From Podarcis muralis (taxonomy: Eukaryota): a DNA stretch of 64,000 bases. The stretch is taken from the NCBI RefSeq assembly GCF_964188315.1, contig NC_135667.1:25544001-25608000 (forward strand). Reading direction: 5' to 3'. Made by a program: the position numbers and the translations under genes. The notes beneath the pieces were generated by a model. The model did not search any database and was not told the origin of the DNA. It saw nothing but the letters and a program-made list of their open reading frames with translations. Shown here in pieces: positions 35,899-50,379 of this stretch (position 1 is its first letter; the number at the start of each line of letters is the position of its first letter).

Positions 35899-38800
35899 AT
35901 GACACAGTGCCTGTCCCACTCATCAGATCAAATGTTTAACCGCAGGAATGGAAAATTATCCCAGTTTTCAGCTCATATGAATGTGTCTATTTTGTATAAA
36001 TGAAAGACAGCATGCAGCCAACAGAATTCATCATACAATGTACATAAATAGTTTGAAATAACTCGGGAAATTATATTTTGTCTCATCCCTTCCTCCATTC
36101 CCTCTTTAGCTCATTTATGGCTCTGCTCCAGTGATGAATGATAAAACCCCAGGGCTTTCCTTCTACCAGTTGACAGCCCAGTAAAGCCTTCAATATGAGG
36201 GAATTATCTCTTTGCTTCTGCATTTCAAGTGGACATGGATTGGGGTCATTGCAGTGGACAATGACAATGGGGAAAGATTTGTTCATACAGTACTTCAATT
36301 GTTTTCTCAAAATGGCATCTGTTTTGCCTTCATAGAAAGAATTCCCAATTTCAGTTTCATCTCTGAAATTAATGACATGCTACAACAGGGGGCAAAAATG
36401 CATGATAAAATAATGAGCAGCAAGGCTAATGTAGTGGTGAATTATGGAGAATCTTACTCCATGGCATTTTTAAAATGGCTTCCATACCTATCAGAACACG
36501 ATATGACAAATAATGTAAAAAGTAAAGTTTGGATAACAACAGCTGAGATTGAATTCAGTTCATTTGTCTATCAAAGAAACTGGGATTCGCGACTATTCAA
36601 TGGTGCTATAGCCTTTGAAATTCACTTCCGTGACCCACTTGGATTTCATCAATATGTTGAGCACAGAAACCCTTCCAACACAGATGCGGATGGTTTTATA
36701 AGGGACTTCTGGCAACAGGCTTTTGATTGTGTGTTCCCAGATATCACTGCACACCAGGTGGAGGGGAACATTTGCACAGGAGAAGAGAAGCTGGAGAACC
36801 TTCCAGGGTCATTTTTCGAAATGAGTATGACAGGGCACAGTTACAGCATCCACAGTGCTGTCTATGCCATGGCCCATGCGTTACATGCTATGTCCACATC
36901 CAGACCCAGACACATAGGAATGACATATGGAGGGAGAGTGAAGAATCAGAATCAACTGTTTTGGCAGGTAATGGGTTGAAATTCCTCAACTTGGAAGAGC
37001 ACTGTTATTCCTTCACAATGTATGGGTTTCCTAAATACTGTCAGCTTGCTCTTTCCTCTCAGGGTTCAGGCATATGGAATATGAGGAGGAACTGAATCTA
37101 TAATTTTGTGGACAGATGATGGCTGTGTCTTTGTTTCTCTGAGGAAAGAGCAATGATGGCTGTCTCCTTGTTTGAGCAGAAACCCCCCTGTACATGATGA
37201 AGCATTTCCTTGGAGATGTTTTGTGGCCCATTGAGACACCATTTCACTAACAGTCAGGATGCAGTGAAAACAGTCAGCAGAGATGAGCAGCATTCTTGCT
37301 ATTCCAGTTGTTATAGCAAATCTGTGAATAGCTGTGTAGCTGTGTAGCTGCTATATACGTATAGGCATCCAGAGGAGTAGAAGCAAATGTGATATTCTTG
37401 ACAATAAATAATTATCTGTCATGTGCATTCCTTTGGCTGTGAAACACCCTTGACAGCCTGCAAATTTTTCGTCAGAGCAGGGGGTCACACACCACTGTTC
37501 TGCCTGAGGGATGTAACAGGGAGAGAGAGGCCTGACAGAAAGAATGAGAGAAAAACATTTATGTGGAAAAAAATTGGTTGGCTCTCTACATGCTTGTCCC
37601 TGACTCCACTCACTGTAGGTTCTGACGTCAGAGGAAAAAGGATTGCTCAGCCCTGTATTAGAGTGCAGCCTTTTCTAAATACTTGTCTTTTCTGTTTTCA
37701 ATTTAGCTCCACCACATTCTGAGAACTATCTCATTTAATAACACTGCAGGAGATGTGGTATCCTTCAACAAGAATGGGGAGGTAGCATCTAGCTTGGATA
37801 TTATCAATTGGATTATATTCTCCAATCAATCCCTTCATAGAGTCAGAGTCGGAAGGATAGATCCTGGAGCGCCTTCAGATCAAGCATTCACCATTGATAA
37901 AGAAGTAATAACTTGGCACAGCTGGTTTAACCAGGTAGAATCCAAGTCACAGGCATTTAGCAAAAGGTCTAATAATAAAGGAGCCCTGATGTTCTATCCA
38001 GAAATTTAAAACTGATTTCATTTGACAACGATGAAAACTTGTGAAATACAAGTGGACCAATGAGGATATAGTGTGGAGCAAGAAAGGATAAAAAATGAAG
38101 ATAGGATAAAATGTGACTGAAAGGGGGAGGAAAAAGGACATGGGTGAATGGGTGAGGAGTGTCCACATAACTGGAAGTACATTGCACTGGTGCAAACAGT
38201 CCCCAGAGCAATGCTAGATAGTCCAAAAGGTCAAATACTGGTCCCAGTCCAATACAACAAGCAAAGTCCAGAGTCAAACAGTAAATCCAGGTTCCCACCT
38301 CGGCAAGAGAACCAGGGTAGGAAAGCCTAGAGTCATCTGAGTGCCCACAAACCTCCTCCCAGAACAAGCCTCATGGTGTCCACCTGGTCAATTAGTGAGC
38401 TGGGCTGTGTTCCCTTGCCTGCCTCAGTCTTCTAGAGTGTGTTTCCCACTGTTCCTGATGCCTCACAGCCCGCTGTGTCCATAGAGATGGAAGTACCTTT
38501 GGTTCTAATGATGTGTCCTTTTCCCCTGGCTCCTATGGACTGTCAGCTGCCCCTTGAACATCCCCTACTACTGTCCTGTGAGTACCTCCTGAGTCCCCAA
38601 CCTCTCCTGCCCAATCATCAATTTGTACCAGTTGTGGCTAACACTCCTTGCCAGGATCCTCTTCCCCTTCCTCAGTGTCCTGATATATCATGACAAGAAG
38701 GCAACAGGGGATGAAATGAGGCCAGAGGGAGAAACTGAGAGTTGACAACAGGAAGTATAGAGGAGACAACTAAAGTTGATATGGGAGTTGTAGAAGATAA

Positions 38801-41173
38801 AAAGGGAAGCGTGGTAGTGAAGGTGGAGATAGTGAAGGAAGGGAAGGACAGGGATGAGGTCAAGAGCCTGGTGCAGAAGTCATAGTATTTACTGCCATTC
38901 TCCTTATTTATTTACATATTACTTTTGTATATTGTCTGTACAACTATCTTCCCACTGTTGTTGATGCATATTTTTATGAATAGCTCAGTTCAGTTCCTTT
39001 TAAAAAACAAAACTGGTTCGATGAACGTGTTTACTTAATATGCATATTTTCCCTCAGAATACATATTTAATTACATATTTTGATCAAAGAAACACAATAT
39101 GTTGGATAGTTAACTTCATATTCTGATGGTATGGATCAGGACGTTTTTTATTAGAATATATAGGGACTGAATTCATCAAATGTCCCCAAATGATTTCCTC
39201 CACCTCAGATAGTAACTGTTGAGACTACGGTTGGCAATTACTTCTACAGTGTCCAGAGCCCTCAAGGGAGCCAATTCATACCCTACTGAAATGCTGTGTC
39301 ACTTTAGTAACACAAAGCTGGGTCCAGCACCTGAGGGATTCCAAACACCTTATTTTCTGTTTATCATTCTGCTTATTCTGTTTATCATTTATGAATTAGG
39401 CCTCTCCTTTTTCGGCCTGCACTGAAAGTTGCCAACCAGGATCTAGCAAGAAAGTGAAAGAAGGGAAGCCATTTTGCTGTTATGACTGCATCCTATGTCC
39501 AGAGGGCAAGATTTCAAACCAGGAAGGTAAGAGACATAGATAATTGCACAGTCAATTGCACTTAGTTTCCTCATACATGATGGGGATCTAAATGTAGCTA
39601 TGGCTAACAATCTACTTTCAAAGGGGCTGTTATTGATAAGAGTCTGGTGCTGGACTGACCAGAGCCAATAATCACACCGGGGGGGGGGGGATATTGTATT
39701 CAGACTGCAGTAATATGGTACTGGGGAATGGATTCCAAAGCCTATATACCTCATGGGTGCCCAGGAATGATTTTTATGCATGTTGCTTACATCAAGCCAT
39801 CAGGAAGGTATATCATGTTACATGCTGATTGGTTACAAAGCATTGATGTATACATTGTCGTTGAATCAAGGTATTTGCACACTATTCAGCTTTTTCTACT
39901 TGTTCTTCAGTTCCATGGTAATATCTTCTGCTGCTGCTTCCCTATTCTGAAATCTAAGGGCAGGTTTCCCGCTCCCTCTTTCTCACAAAACTTAGAATAT
40001 GGTCAATTTTGCACCAGCCACTACTCCCACATCACAGTCATGCATACCTCACCTGGGTTACCACATCCTTGCCATTGTAGCCCAATATCATATTCTAGCA
40101 CCAAATAGCTCCAAAGCAAATAAACAAGTCCCCACAACAATTCAAAGTATTTTCCAATTTGAATAGATCCATTTCTTTTTCTGAGTGTGAGGGAAAGGCA
40201 TGAAATGTTTCTGAGACTGATAGCATACATGTGAGCTAAGGTTAATACTTTTCTTTTCCCAGATATGAATGACTGCACTAAATGCTCAGATGAAAACTAT
40301 CCAAGCAAGGAACGAAATATATGCATTCCCAAAAGCATCAGCTTCTTGTCGTATGAAGAACCTTTAGGCATCAGTTTAGCTATAGTTGCTCTTTCTTTTG
40401 CTTTCATCACAACTCTGGTACTGGGAACATTTCTGAAGAACCACAAGACTCCCATTGTCAAAGCCAACAACCAGAATATCACCTATACTCTCCTTGTCAC
40501 TCTCTTGTTATGCTTTCTTTGTGCTTTACTGTTCATTGGCCAACCAAAAAAGATGACATGTCTCCTGCAACAAGCTGCTTTTGGCATCATCTTTTCAGTG
40601 GCTGTTTCCTGTGTACTGGCAAAAACTGTCACTGTGATTCTGGCTTTCACGGCCACAAAACCAGGATCCAGGATGAGAATGTGGGTGGGGAGAAGGCTGG
40701 CCAACTCCATTGTCATTTCCTGCTCCCTTATTCAAGCAGCCATCTGTACACTGTGGTTGGCAATCTCTCCCCCATTCCCAGATGTTGACAAGCATTCAAT
40801 GCCTGAGGAAATTATACTAGAATGTAATGTGGGGACTGTGATTATGTTTTACTGTGTCCTTAGTTACATGGGTCTTCTAGCAATAATTAGTTTCACAGTG
40901 GCTTTCCTTGCCAGGAAATTGCCAGACATTTTCAATGAAGCAAAGTTTATCACTTTCAGCATGTTGGTATTTTGCAGTGTTTGGTTGTCCTTTGTTCCAT
41001 CCTACCTGAGTACGAAGGGGAAATATACAGTAGCTGTGGAGATCTTCTCTATCTTAGCCTCCAGTGCTGGTCTATTAGGTTGCATCTTTTCCCCCAAATG
41101 TTATATTATTTTGTTGAGGCCTGAGCTGAATAATAGGGAACAGATAATAAGCATTAACAAAATGAAGAATTAA
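34260..41173 (+). pseudogene. Vomeronasal type-2 receptor pseudogene (V2R-3), nonsense codon in exon 3
   Basis: Exons: 34260-34477, 34769-35060, 36110-36967, 37707-37934, 39400-39526, 40263-41173. In-frame TAA at 36182-36184 where the inverted paralog has GAA (Glu). Confidence 0.85.
38160..38695. mobile_element. Possible LTR-retrotransposon solo LTR remnant in V2R-3 intron 4 (counterpart ~55209-55750)
   Basis: Ends ...TGACA and resembles the element at 51571-52575 in composition (AGTCCA/CCAAG motifs). Left end and TSD not resolved. Confidence 0.35.
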
Positions 41174-42435
41174 ATATCTGTGTTTTGCTGTATGCTATGT
41201 AGGGAAAACACCTCACTTTATTACCAGCTTTTGTTTACCACTGCTGATTCAACTTCTAACCACTACCACCATAAATATGAAGGATGAAGGCCCTGCCCTT
41301 TGAATATATTGATAGTTGCACAGGTGCATGTGTGAGAGAAAAATCACTGCTTTATTAGGGTTGCCATATTCCCCAAAGTGAAAATCCAGACAAAGTTGTT
41401 GAGCCCTAGCTTTATTTCTTGTTACATAAAGCATTAGTTCTAGTGGAATAATCGCGTGTGTTTAGTAACTGGAGCATTTTAAGCTTCCTTTTTCATCAAC
41501 AAGTTTCCCAGAGTAGCTAGCAAAGATCAGCAACAAGAAATTCCTTGCCCTTAGATTTACAGTATGTACATTATATTTTAAAAACACTCTCAAAGCTTCA
41601 CTTAAACCTTGTGTATTCATGGTCATGTTTCTCTTGATTTTATTGGGACAGTCACACTTGATCCTGTTCATACTGTTTCACAATTTAAGCCCTACAATAT
41701 TTTGTTGCTGATCCACACTTGTCCTCTTATTATTTCTGGTTTTCATTTCTTAGTCTTGATCATCCCATCCCCAGATATCCTTTGTCATGGGGAATAGGTT
41801 TAGGAACGAACAGAGGTCAGCTCTGTGTGGGTGTGTTTCAGAACACAAATGATATCATCATCTGCTACAGTACAAAGGTAACAGCAGAGTCTCTCTGATA
41901 ATGAGAATATAATGAGCCTTTCAGCTTTTACTGTTCCTTGTGAGGGAGCAGCAAAGTGGACGTCAAAACATAAGGATAACAATCAAGCAATGAATGTGTC
42001 ATTTCCTTTGAATGTATTTCTCCTTTATACTAGCAGTTTGTGGGGTAAGGTTTTTTAAAAAATAACAACTAGTTTGTATTTTTAAATAAAACCTTAAGAT
42101 CACATTTTAGCTCACTAAATATCTTTTTAAAAATAATAATTATGCTTTATATGTTGAAATTTGTGAACTATGATGAGATAAGAGCCACCGGATTCAGTGG
42201 ACCTTACTCCCAGACAACTATTATGAACAGTATTTTAGTAATGCCTTATGGCTTATTGGTGATGTGAACCCAGGTCTCCACAGCCTAATTTCAACATTAT
42301 ATGTATACCACTCTCCATTAGGGAGTCCCTTTTGGCTACAGCAGCTGTTAAAATCAGTGCCTAACATCAGAATTCACTACTACACCCTTGTTACCACATT
42401 ATCTAAAAGAAGAGAATTCAAATTGATACTACTGG

Positions 42436-42531
42436 AAATGTAGCAGCAGTTCTACAGGGAATCTCCCATTCTGACTTAATAATTATCTTCCTGTTTCATG
42501 ATCAAAAGTACTGTAATTAATTCTGCTGCTT
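42436..42531 (+). promoter_or_regulatory. Conserved V2R upstream motifs, V2R-4 copy
   Basis: GCAGTTCTACAGGGAATCTCCC (COE-like half) and CTGTAATTAATTCTGCTGCTT at 42511-42531. Confidence 0.5.
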
Positions 42532-42753
42532 CCCAAAGCCCCTATGGAGTTGAAGTGAACACTGGCAAAACTCACAGCAAAACCTGTGGAAGATGATATA
42601 AGCATACCCAGTACCATTTAAAAGGTATGGTATCCACTTGTCTGATATTGGATGCTCCTAGACTCAAGAGAGACAGTGTAAAAGTAATGAGAGTGTTGCA
42701 GAAGAGAATAGGGAAATATTTGTGCATAAGGAAGATTTCCTCTTGTTCTAAGG

Positions 42754-45700
42754 ATGGCGGATTTGGTAGTGTTGCTGCTGGCAATGTTTCCTAACAAGAT
42801 ATGCAATTCTCATGTGGCAAAATGCAGGGTGCAGGATCCACACCATCCAGTTCACATATATCATCAGTCAGGAGATTTTATTATTGGTGGCATAGTTACT
42901 CATGGTGGTTTCTACTCCAGTCAAACAACCTTCACTGAAGATCCGCCACCCGCGCTGCCTGAAGAGCTTCTGTAAGAACATATTTATTGTTTGGGTTTTT
43001 AGTTATATTTCTCATGTCACTTGAATTATCAGCCTCAAAACACCCGCTGAGGCTGCAAACATATGCACGCTTATTTGGAAACAGCTCCCTTTGAATGATA
43101 TGATCCATTTCTGACAGAAAATGGAGAGGTGTGTGCTTTTAAATTAATGTTTTTAAAGTAATAATGAAGAAAATAATCTCCCATTTCTCCACAGGTGAAT
43201 AAATAATGCTTCATTGAAAGGAATATCTATTTTGTGTATATGAAATACCACCTTTAAATAGTTGGTTGGTTTTTTTTTAAGTAAAACAATTAAAAAAAAC
43301 AAAACAACCCAGACCATTTATGGTCATTTTAACTTCCTGAAAATCTTATTCCCATTTCTCAGGGAATAAACCCTACTGAACCACATATTGTTAAATTCAG
43401 AGTGCAGTACCCACATTATCCATCTCATATGCATAATCAGTCATGAGAGTTAATCATTGACGACATTGCTTTACTTGGAGGATTCTTCTCTAGAGCCTCC
43501 AGAAGTTGCAGCACTTAATACACAATCACTTTCATTGGAGTAAATCCCACTGAATGCAAACTCATTAACTTCTGAGTTAAAATATAAGGGGCTTACCAGT
43601 ATGAAGTATTTTGACACAGATTGCAACTCTTGTTCTAGGGTGGTGCCTAAGGCTTACCAGCACATCCTGGCCTTGGTATTTGCAATAAAGGAGATCAATG
43701 AAAACCCTCACATCTTACCCAATCACACCTTGGGCTTCCACATCTATGACAGTAATGACAATGCAAAGAAGACGTATCATGCCACAATGCTACTTTTATC
43801 AACCCTGGAGAAATTTGTCCCCAATTATATATGTGACATCCAGAATAATCTGACAGCTGTCATTGGTGGGCTTGACTCTGAAATCTCCCTTCATGTGGCA
43901 ACTATTTTGCATATTCATAAAATTCCACAGGTAGGAAACTCTTGTCTGTTTTCATTTGGAGTATGAGAATCCAATGCCATTTTCATACTTTCGTGCTCTT
44001 TCCAGATTTTATTTTGTGTGTTGGAAGGAGAATTAGACACATTAGAAATAATCAGATCAACAATTATTCTTTCTCTCCCTCTCTCTTATACCCAGGCTAA
44101 TAAAAAGCCTTCTTACAATTCATTCATGAAAGAGGGAAGACATTATAATTGGAAAACAATGCTCTAGCAATATAAGTGAGATTCATGTCTGACTCTTGGA
44201 TGAAACCAATTTTCTTGACATACTTCAGTTTGGGTCCCCTGCCTGGCAGGCAGCCTCTTCCATCTCTCCTAAGAGGGCAAGGCCCTGGCAGACCCCAGGT
44301 ACAAAAGACAAAGGATGCTCAGCGCATGAAGACCATGCATAATGTCATGGCATATGTGATAACAAATGCTCTCTGAAAGCTGATGACCTAGACCATTTTC
44401 TCAAGCCCATTTAAAATATAGTCTTTCTCCAAGATCCTGAAATAAATAAATACAAGAGTGTACATCCTCACCCAATCCCAAATTCCAGAGCCTGTTTTCC
44501 ATGCAATTGTAAAGTTCAAATGCCTTTCAGGGTTCTTCTAAAAATCCCTATAGTAACATATGTGAATGGCTATAACTAGTTTAATCTGTTGTATAATTTA
44601 TAATAGCTTTCACATTTTCTCCAATCTCTCTTTAGCTCACCTATGGCCCTGCTCCAGTGGTGAATGACAAGACCTCAGGACTTTTCTTCTACCAGGTGGC
44701 CCCCCAGGAACACCACCAGTTTGCAGGAATTCTCTCTTTGCTTCTACATTTCAGGTGGACATGGATTGGGGTCATTGTGGTTGATAATGACAATGGAGAA
44801 AGATTTGTGCAAACTGTGCTTCCAATGTTTGCAAAGAGTGGTGTTTGCTTTGCCTTTCTAGAAAGATTCCCCAAATATAGTTATGACAGTGAAAGTTATG
44901 GCATGGTACAACAGGGAGCAAAAATACATGATAACATTATGGGCAGTAAAGCTAATGTAGTGGTGGTCTATGGAGAATCTTATTCCATGGTATTGTTTAG
45001 ATGGCTTCCCTTTCTATCAGAACATGAGCAGATGACACTGAACATGAATGGCAAAGTATGGATAACAACAGCCCAGATTGAATTCACTTCATTTGCATTT
45101 CAGCGGAATTGGAATTCAGAAATGTTCCATGGCTCTATTGCTTTCACAATTCACTTGAATGACCCAGAAGGATTTAATCTATATGTTAAGAGCAGAAACC
45201 CATTCATTACAGATGGAGACGGTTTTATTAAGCACTTCTGGGAACAGGCCTTTGGCTGTAAATTCCCAGATTACATGGCTGGCAAGGTGGAAGGGAATGC
45301 TTGCACTGGGGAAGAGAAGCTGGAGAGCCTTCCTGCAGATTTTTTTGAAAACAGCATGACAGGCCATAGTTACTGTATTTACAACGCTGTTTATGCTGTG
45401 GCCCATGCTTTACATGAGATGTCTACAGTCAAGCATGAGCAGAGAGCAATGGTGCACCAAATGAGGCAGAAGAATCAGAACCACAAGTTCTGGAAGGTAA
45501 GGAGTTGAAGATCCTCAAGTGGCAGAGCAGAACACATTGGGTGTCACTTTCTCCGGACATCTGGTCTTCCTCCATGCTTCTAGCCTGCTCTTTGCAGCTT
45601 AGTTTTACAAAGAGGATGAGAAAACCAGTGCTGAATCATGACATCCCACACAAAGGGGGGGGGGGAGAATTATAGTTATGGTAGTCTGATTGATTTGTGG

Positions 45701-48700
45701 CATATTGTGATGCCTGCAAATTCTGGCTGTACAAAGGTGGCACTTTTCGGAGACAATATGGTCATGGGATCGTTCATGCAGAAAGCATCCTGTTTTTCAT
45801 GACAAAGTGTTTGCATGGAAGATCCCACAAAGCCAGCTGAGATGCCAAACTAATAACAACCAGGAGACGATAATGGCTGGAGGCACCTGCCCCATTCCCT
45901 TAGCAGCCCCCATCCTCCAAATCCTTCCTCAGAGAAAGTGTTCCCACATCACTCCCGAGAAGGAAGGTGGTGGTTGTAAAAGAACAAGAAAAGATGTTGT
46001 GTGAGAAAATCAGTTGATTCTGTCCATTTTGGGCTATGACTCTACTCCCATCTGACATAATTACCATGCTCCATCGGCACTGCGATCTGCACTCACCATT
46101 GATGAGGTTTAAGAGTTTTCCTATGTATCAAAATGCTTTCCTGGAAACAAGTTTCACCGTCTCTACCTTTTTTCTGAAACTACTGATTTTCTTTTTCCAA
46201 TCTAGCTCCACCAATTTCTGAGAAGTGTCTCATTTAACAACACTGCAGAGGATGAGATTTCCTTCAACCAAAATGGGGAGGTGCTATTTGGCTTGGATAT
46301 TATCAACTATGTTATATTATCCAATCAATCCTTTCAGAGAGTGAGAGTTGGAAGGATGGATCCACAGGGTTCTCCAGATCAAGCATTTACCATTTATGAG
46401 GATGTCATAATGTGGCCCAGCTTATTTAACCAGGTACAGCCCAACTGTCAGCTACTTCAAATGTTTTCTGGGATTGTTTGAGCACTGATAATCTCTCCTT
46501 ATGGTGAAAACTGCTTTCACTGTGGCAATCATGCATACCCACAAAAAAGATTTTTGATTGAAAGAAGATTACTATTTATGAATTCTATCCAGGTTGATGT
46601 GCAATAAAGGGGTGAAGAATAAAAAGACCAGCTGAGAGCAGACATGATCAGGTTGTTTTTAGAGCAGCAATAGAAGAGGAGAAAAAAATAGAAGTGGTGA
46701 AGGGGCTTGAGCAGGAGATATGGAATATATCATTCTTACAGGAGTGGTTGTCAGGGAAGGGTGACACAGCATACCTGGCCTCCCAACAGCAATGCAACTG
46801 CATTACTGGGTGGGATAGGAGGGGAAATACAGCAGAAAGGTCAATGCACTGTAAGTGCACTGGCAAAGGGTATGTGTTGGTTGGGGTAACTTTTCCACCA
46901 TATCCCACTCTCCCTTCCAATAAGCAACAGTGAAAGCATTGCCAGAATGACTGATATTTGATAGCCCTCCCCACCAGCCACTCTTTCTGCTTTTAATTGT
47001 ATTGTTTTTAATTTTTCAGTTATTAACTACATTTGTATACTACCCATGGAACTAATTTCTCTTGCCAGTTTTTGTCACATATGCATATTTTAAGCCATAG
47101 GTCCATTTCCTCATAAATCTGATTTTTTAAAATAAAAAACATTTTAATATGAATTAAGATAAATATTCAGAATTCAGATAAATATTCAGATAAATATTCA
47201 GAAAGCATATTTAAATTCCTGTTTTAATCTGTTTTAACTGTGCTGCAATGTTTGAGGAAGCTCAAAACATATGGATTGGTCCACTAGATGCTGATCAAAC
47301 ATATTGTACTGGGATTCACAAAGACTGAATTTATCAAACATTCCTAAACGTGGCTATCCTCCTATGGTAGCGGATGCTGGAACTGGGAATGGGTGTAGCC
47401 CTAAAACTGCTTTATCTATATATTGTATATCATACTAGGTATTTTCTATCTCTCCCCAAACAAGTGGACCCAGAACCTGAAGGATTCACCAGACACTGTT
47501 CTCTTCATTATCATTCTGCTCTTTCATTTATGGATTAGGCTCAGCCTCTTTCTGTATGTACTGAGAGTTGCAAACCTGGTTCTTACAAGAAAGTGAAGGA
47601 AGGGGAGCCATTTTGCTGCTATGATTGCATCCCGTGTCCAGAGGGGAAGATGACAAACAAGGAGGGTAAGAGATAAACATAGAAAGCTGGATCCACTCAG
47701 TTATTTGCACTTAGTTTCCATTGAAATGCAGTAAATGTAAGAAATTTTAGCGTAAATGCCGGTCCTACTTAACACCCACAAGGGTTCCCTGGAAATCATA
47801 CATTGGGCAAGCATTTGACCAATGAGTCCATGATTTCCATTGATACTTACAGGAATCAGTGATCTCTTTCTGCCTTCCACAATGGTTTGCTGTTATGATG
47901 GCTGCAGCCAACCAGATAAAGAGAGACAAAGGAAAAACTGATTTTGTCTCATCTCTCCTGCTCTCTGATTTGTTCAATCTAGCTCCCCTTTCCTCTCTGC
48001 ATGGTTCATGCCCCAAAATGGTGGCCACTGACTAGCAAAGCACAATAAGGCTCTGGCTATTCAGATATATGAATCTGAGGAGTATATTGCAAGCTTTGGG
48101 AATTACTCTTTATATTTGCATATATGATTCGGAAGGTAACAAGCAGGTTGATATTATGGCCTGTGTCAGTCTGCATCGGATGTAAATGCTACTGAGTTAT
48201 GACATCACTCCCAGATTTAGCACACATGATCCCAAATAGTTTACCATCATTTTTATCCCTGCATCGTCCCACACTATGATGCTTCTTTAGATCCATGCAG
48301 ACCTTAAGCAGTGATACTCACCCCTGAACACTTTTTATCATATCAATGCTTCCTCTATCATCTTATTTGAACAGCTCTGTCCAAGGGTAGCAGTTACATC
48401 GTGCTGTTGATATAGATGGCAACTATGTGAACTCAGAATACATCTTTCTTTTTCCAGATATGAGTGACTGTAATAAATGCTTAGATGAAAACTATCCTAG
48501 CAAGAGGCAAGATACATGCATTCCCAAGGATATAAGCTTCTTGTCTTTTGGAGAGCCTTTGGGCATTACTTTAGCCTTCCTTGCTCTTTCCTTTGGTTTG
48601 ATCACAGCACTGGTGCTGGGAATAATTCTGAAGAACCGGAACACTCCCATCGTCAAAGCCAACAACCGAAACCTCACCTATACTCTCCTCATCTCCCTCC

Positions 48701-49359
48701 TGCTCTGTTTCCTTTGTGCTTTATTGTTCATTGGCCAACCTAAGATGGTGACATGTCTCCTCCGACAAACTGCTTTTGGCATCATCTTTTCAGTGGCTGT
48801 TTCTTGTGTGCTGGCAAAGACCATTACTGTGGTTCTGGCTTTCATGGCCACCAAACCAGGTTCCAGGATGAGGAAGTATGTGGGGAAAAGACTGACCAAC
48901 TCAATTGTTCTTTCCTGCCCCCTTATTCAAGCAGGCATATGTGCTGTGTGGCTGGCAACATCTCCCCCATTCCCAGATGTTGACATGCATTCCCTGACTG
49001 AAGAAATTATATTAGAGTGTAACGAGGGCTCTGTGACTATGTTTTACTCTGCTGTTGGCTACATGGGCTTCCTGGCAGCTGTCAGTTTCACAGTGGCTTT
49101 TCTTGCCAGGAAGTTACCTGACAGTTTCAATGAAGCCAAGTTTATAACTTTCAGCATGTTGGTCTTTTGTAGTGTTTGGTTATCTTTTGTTCCAAGTTAC
49201 TTGAGCACTAAAGGCAAATATATGGTAGCAGTGGAGATCTTTTGTATCTTAGCCTCTAGTGCTGGATTGTTAGGTTGCATTTTTTCCCCAATTTGTTATA
49301 TTGTTGTGTTAAGACCTGACTTGAACAACAGGGAAATGCTAACAAGAAGAAAAGAATAA
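42754..49359 (+). CDS. Vomeronasal type-2 receptor (V2R-4), six coding exons, intact (~875 aa)
   Basis: Exons: 42754-42971 (218), 43639-43930 (292), 44636-45496 (861), 46206-46433 (228), 47539-47665 (127), 48458-49359 (902). GT/AG boundaries, open frame. Confidence 0.9.
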
Positions 49360-50020
49360 AGCACTGAATTTAAGTTCTTTGCTATACATTTTAATCGAGA
49401 GGTTTGCAAGTGTGTGTGTTTTGTATTTGTGTGTTAAGTAGATTTTTAAAATTTCTCTCGTCTTCATCAGCTTTATATTAACCTGATTCACAATACTAAT
49501 CTGTTGTTGTTGTTGTTATACAAGAACATGTAGACATGAAAAGCTAGTAACAGGGGGAAAGTAATGATAGAGTTGGAGAATAAAATAATAGCATCATATT
49601 ACAAACTTGCTTTCCTGAGTAGCAAATGGCATTCAGATACCCCTGCCATAACAAATAATGAGAATGAGAAACTAGCTATGAAGAGGCCCTCCCTGTTGAT
49701 ATATACAAAGAAGGGAAATCAATCTGCATTTAAATTGTGAGCCCAGGCGCAATGAAGCCATGAGGGGTTTGGTGAACACACAGTGGATACATAAAATACG
49801 TCCAAGGACTGTGCTGGGATCAAATAAGGCCACAACTTTATTGATGATTTTTTGCAGGTTTGGGCATAGGATATGTATCTACTAATCAACCAGAATGCCC
49901 ACTGGTTTATGGATAGTTAATTCCACCCCCAAGGTTCCTTCCAACTCTGTATATTGAGTGTAAACCTGTCCCTACACTGTCCCATCAATGTGCTATGTGC
50001 AAGGCCTTTTGGCCAAAATA

Positions 50021-50379
50021 TAGGTAAAGGTAAAGGTACCCCTGCCCGTACGGGCCAGTCTTGCCAGACTCTGGGGTTGTGCGCCCATCTCACTCAAGAG
50101 GCCGGGGGCCAGCGCTGTCCGGAGACACTTCCGGGTCACGTGGCCAGCGTGACATCGCTGCTCTGGCGAGCCAGAGCCGCACACGGAAACACCGTTTACC
50201 TTCCCGCTAGAAAGCGGTCCCTATTTATCTACTTGCACCCGGGGGGGCTTTCGAACTGCTAGGTTGGCAGGCGCTGGGACCGAGCAACGGGAGCGCACCC
50301 CGCCGCGGGGATTCAAACCGCCGACCTTTCGATCGGCAAGCCCTAGGCGCTGAGGCTTTTACCCACAGCGCCACCCGCG
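50021..50379 (-). mobile_element. Sauria SINE, full length
   Basis: tRNA-like head (B-box GGTTTGAATCCC on minus strand) and (ACCTTT)n tail; CpGs retained. Confidence 0.9.

Larger units (their letters stand above)
33078..41812 (+). repeat. Left arm of inverted segmental duplication
   Basis: Colinear reverse-complement match to 50492-60803 across flanks, introns and all six V2R exons. Ends approximate. Confidence 0.9.
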
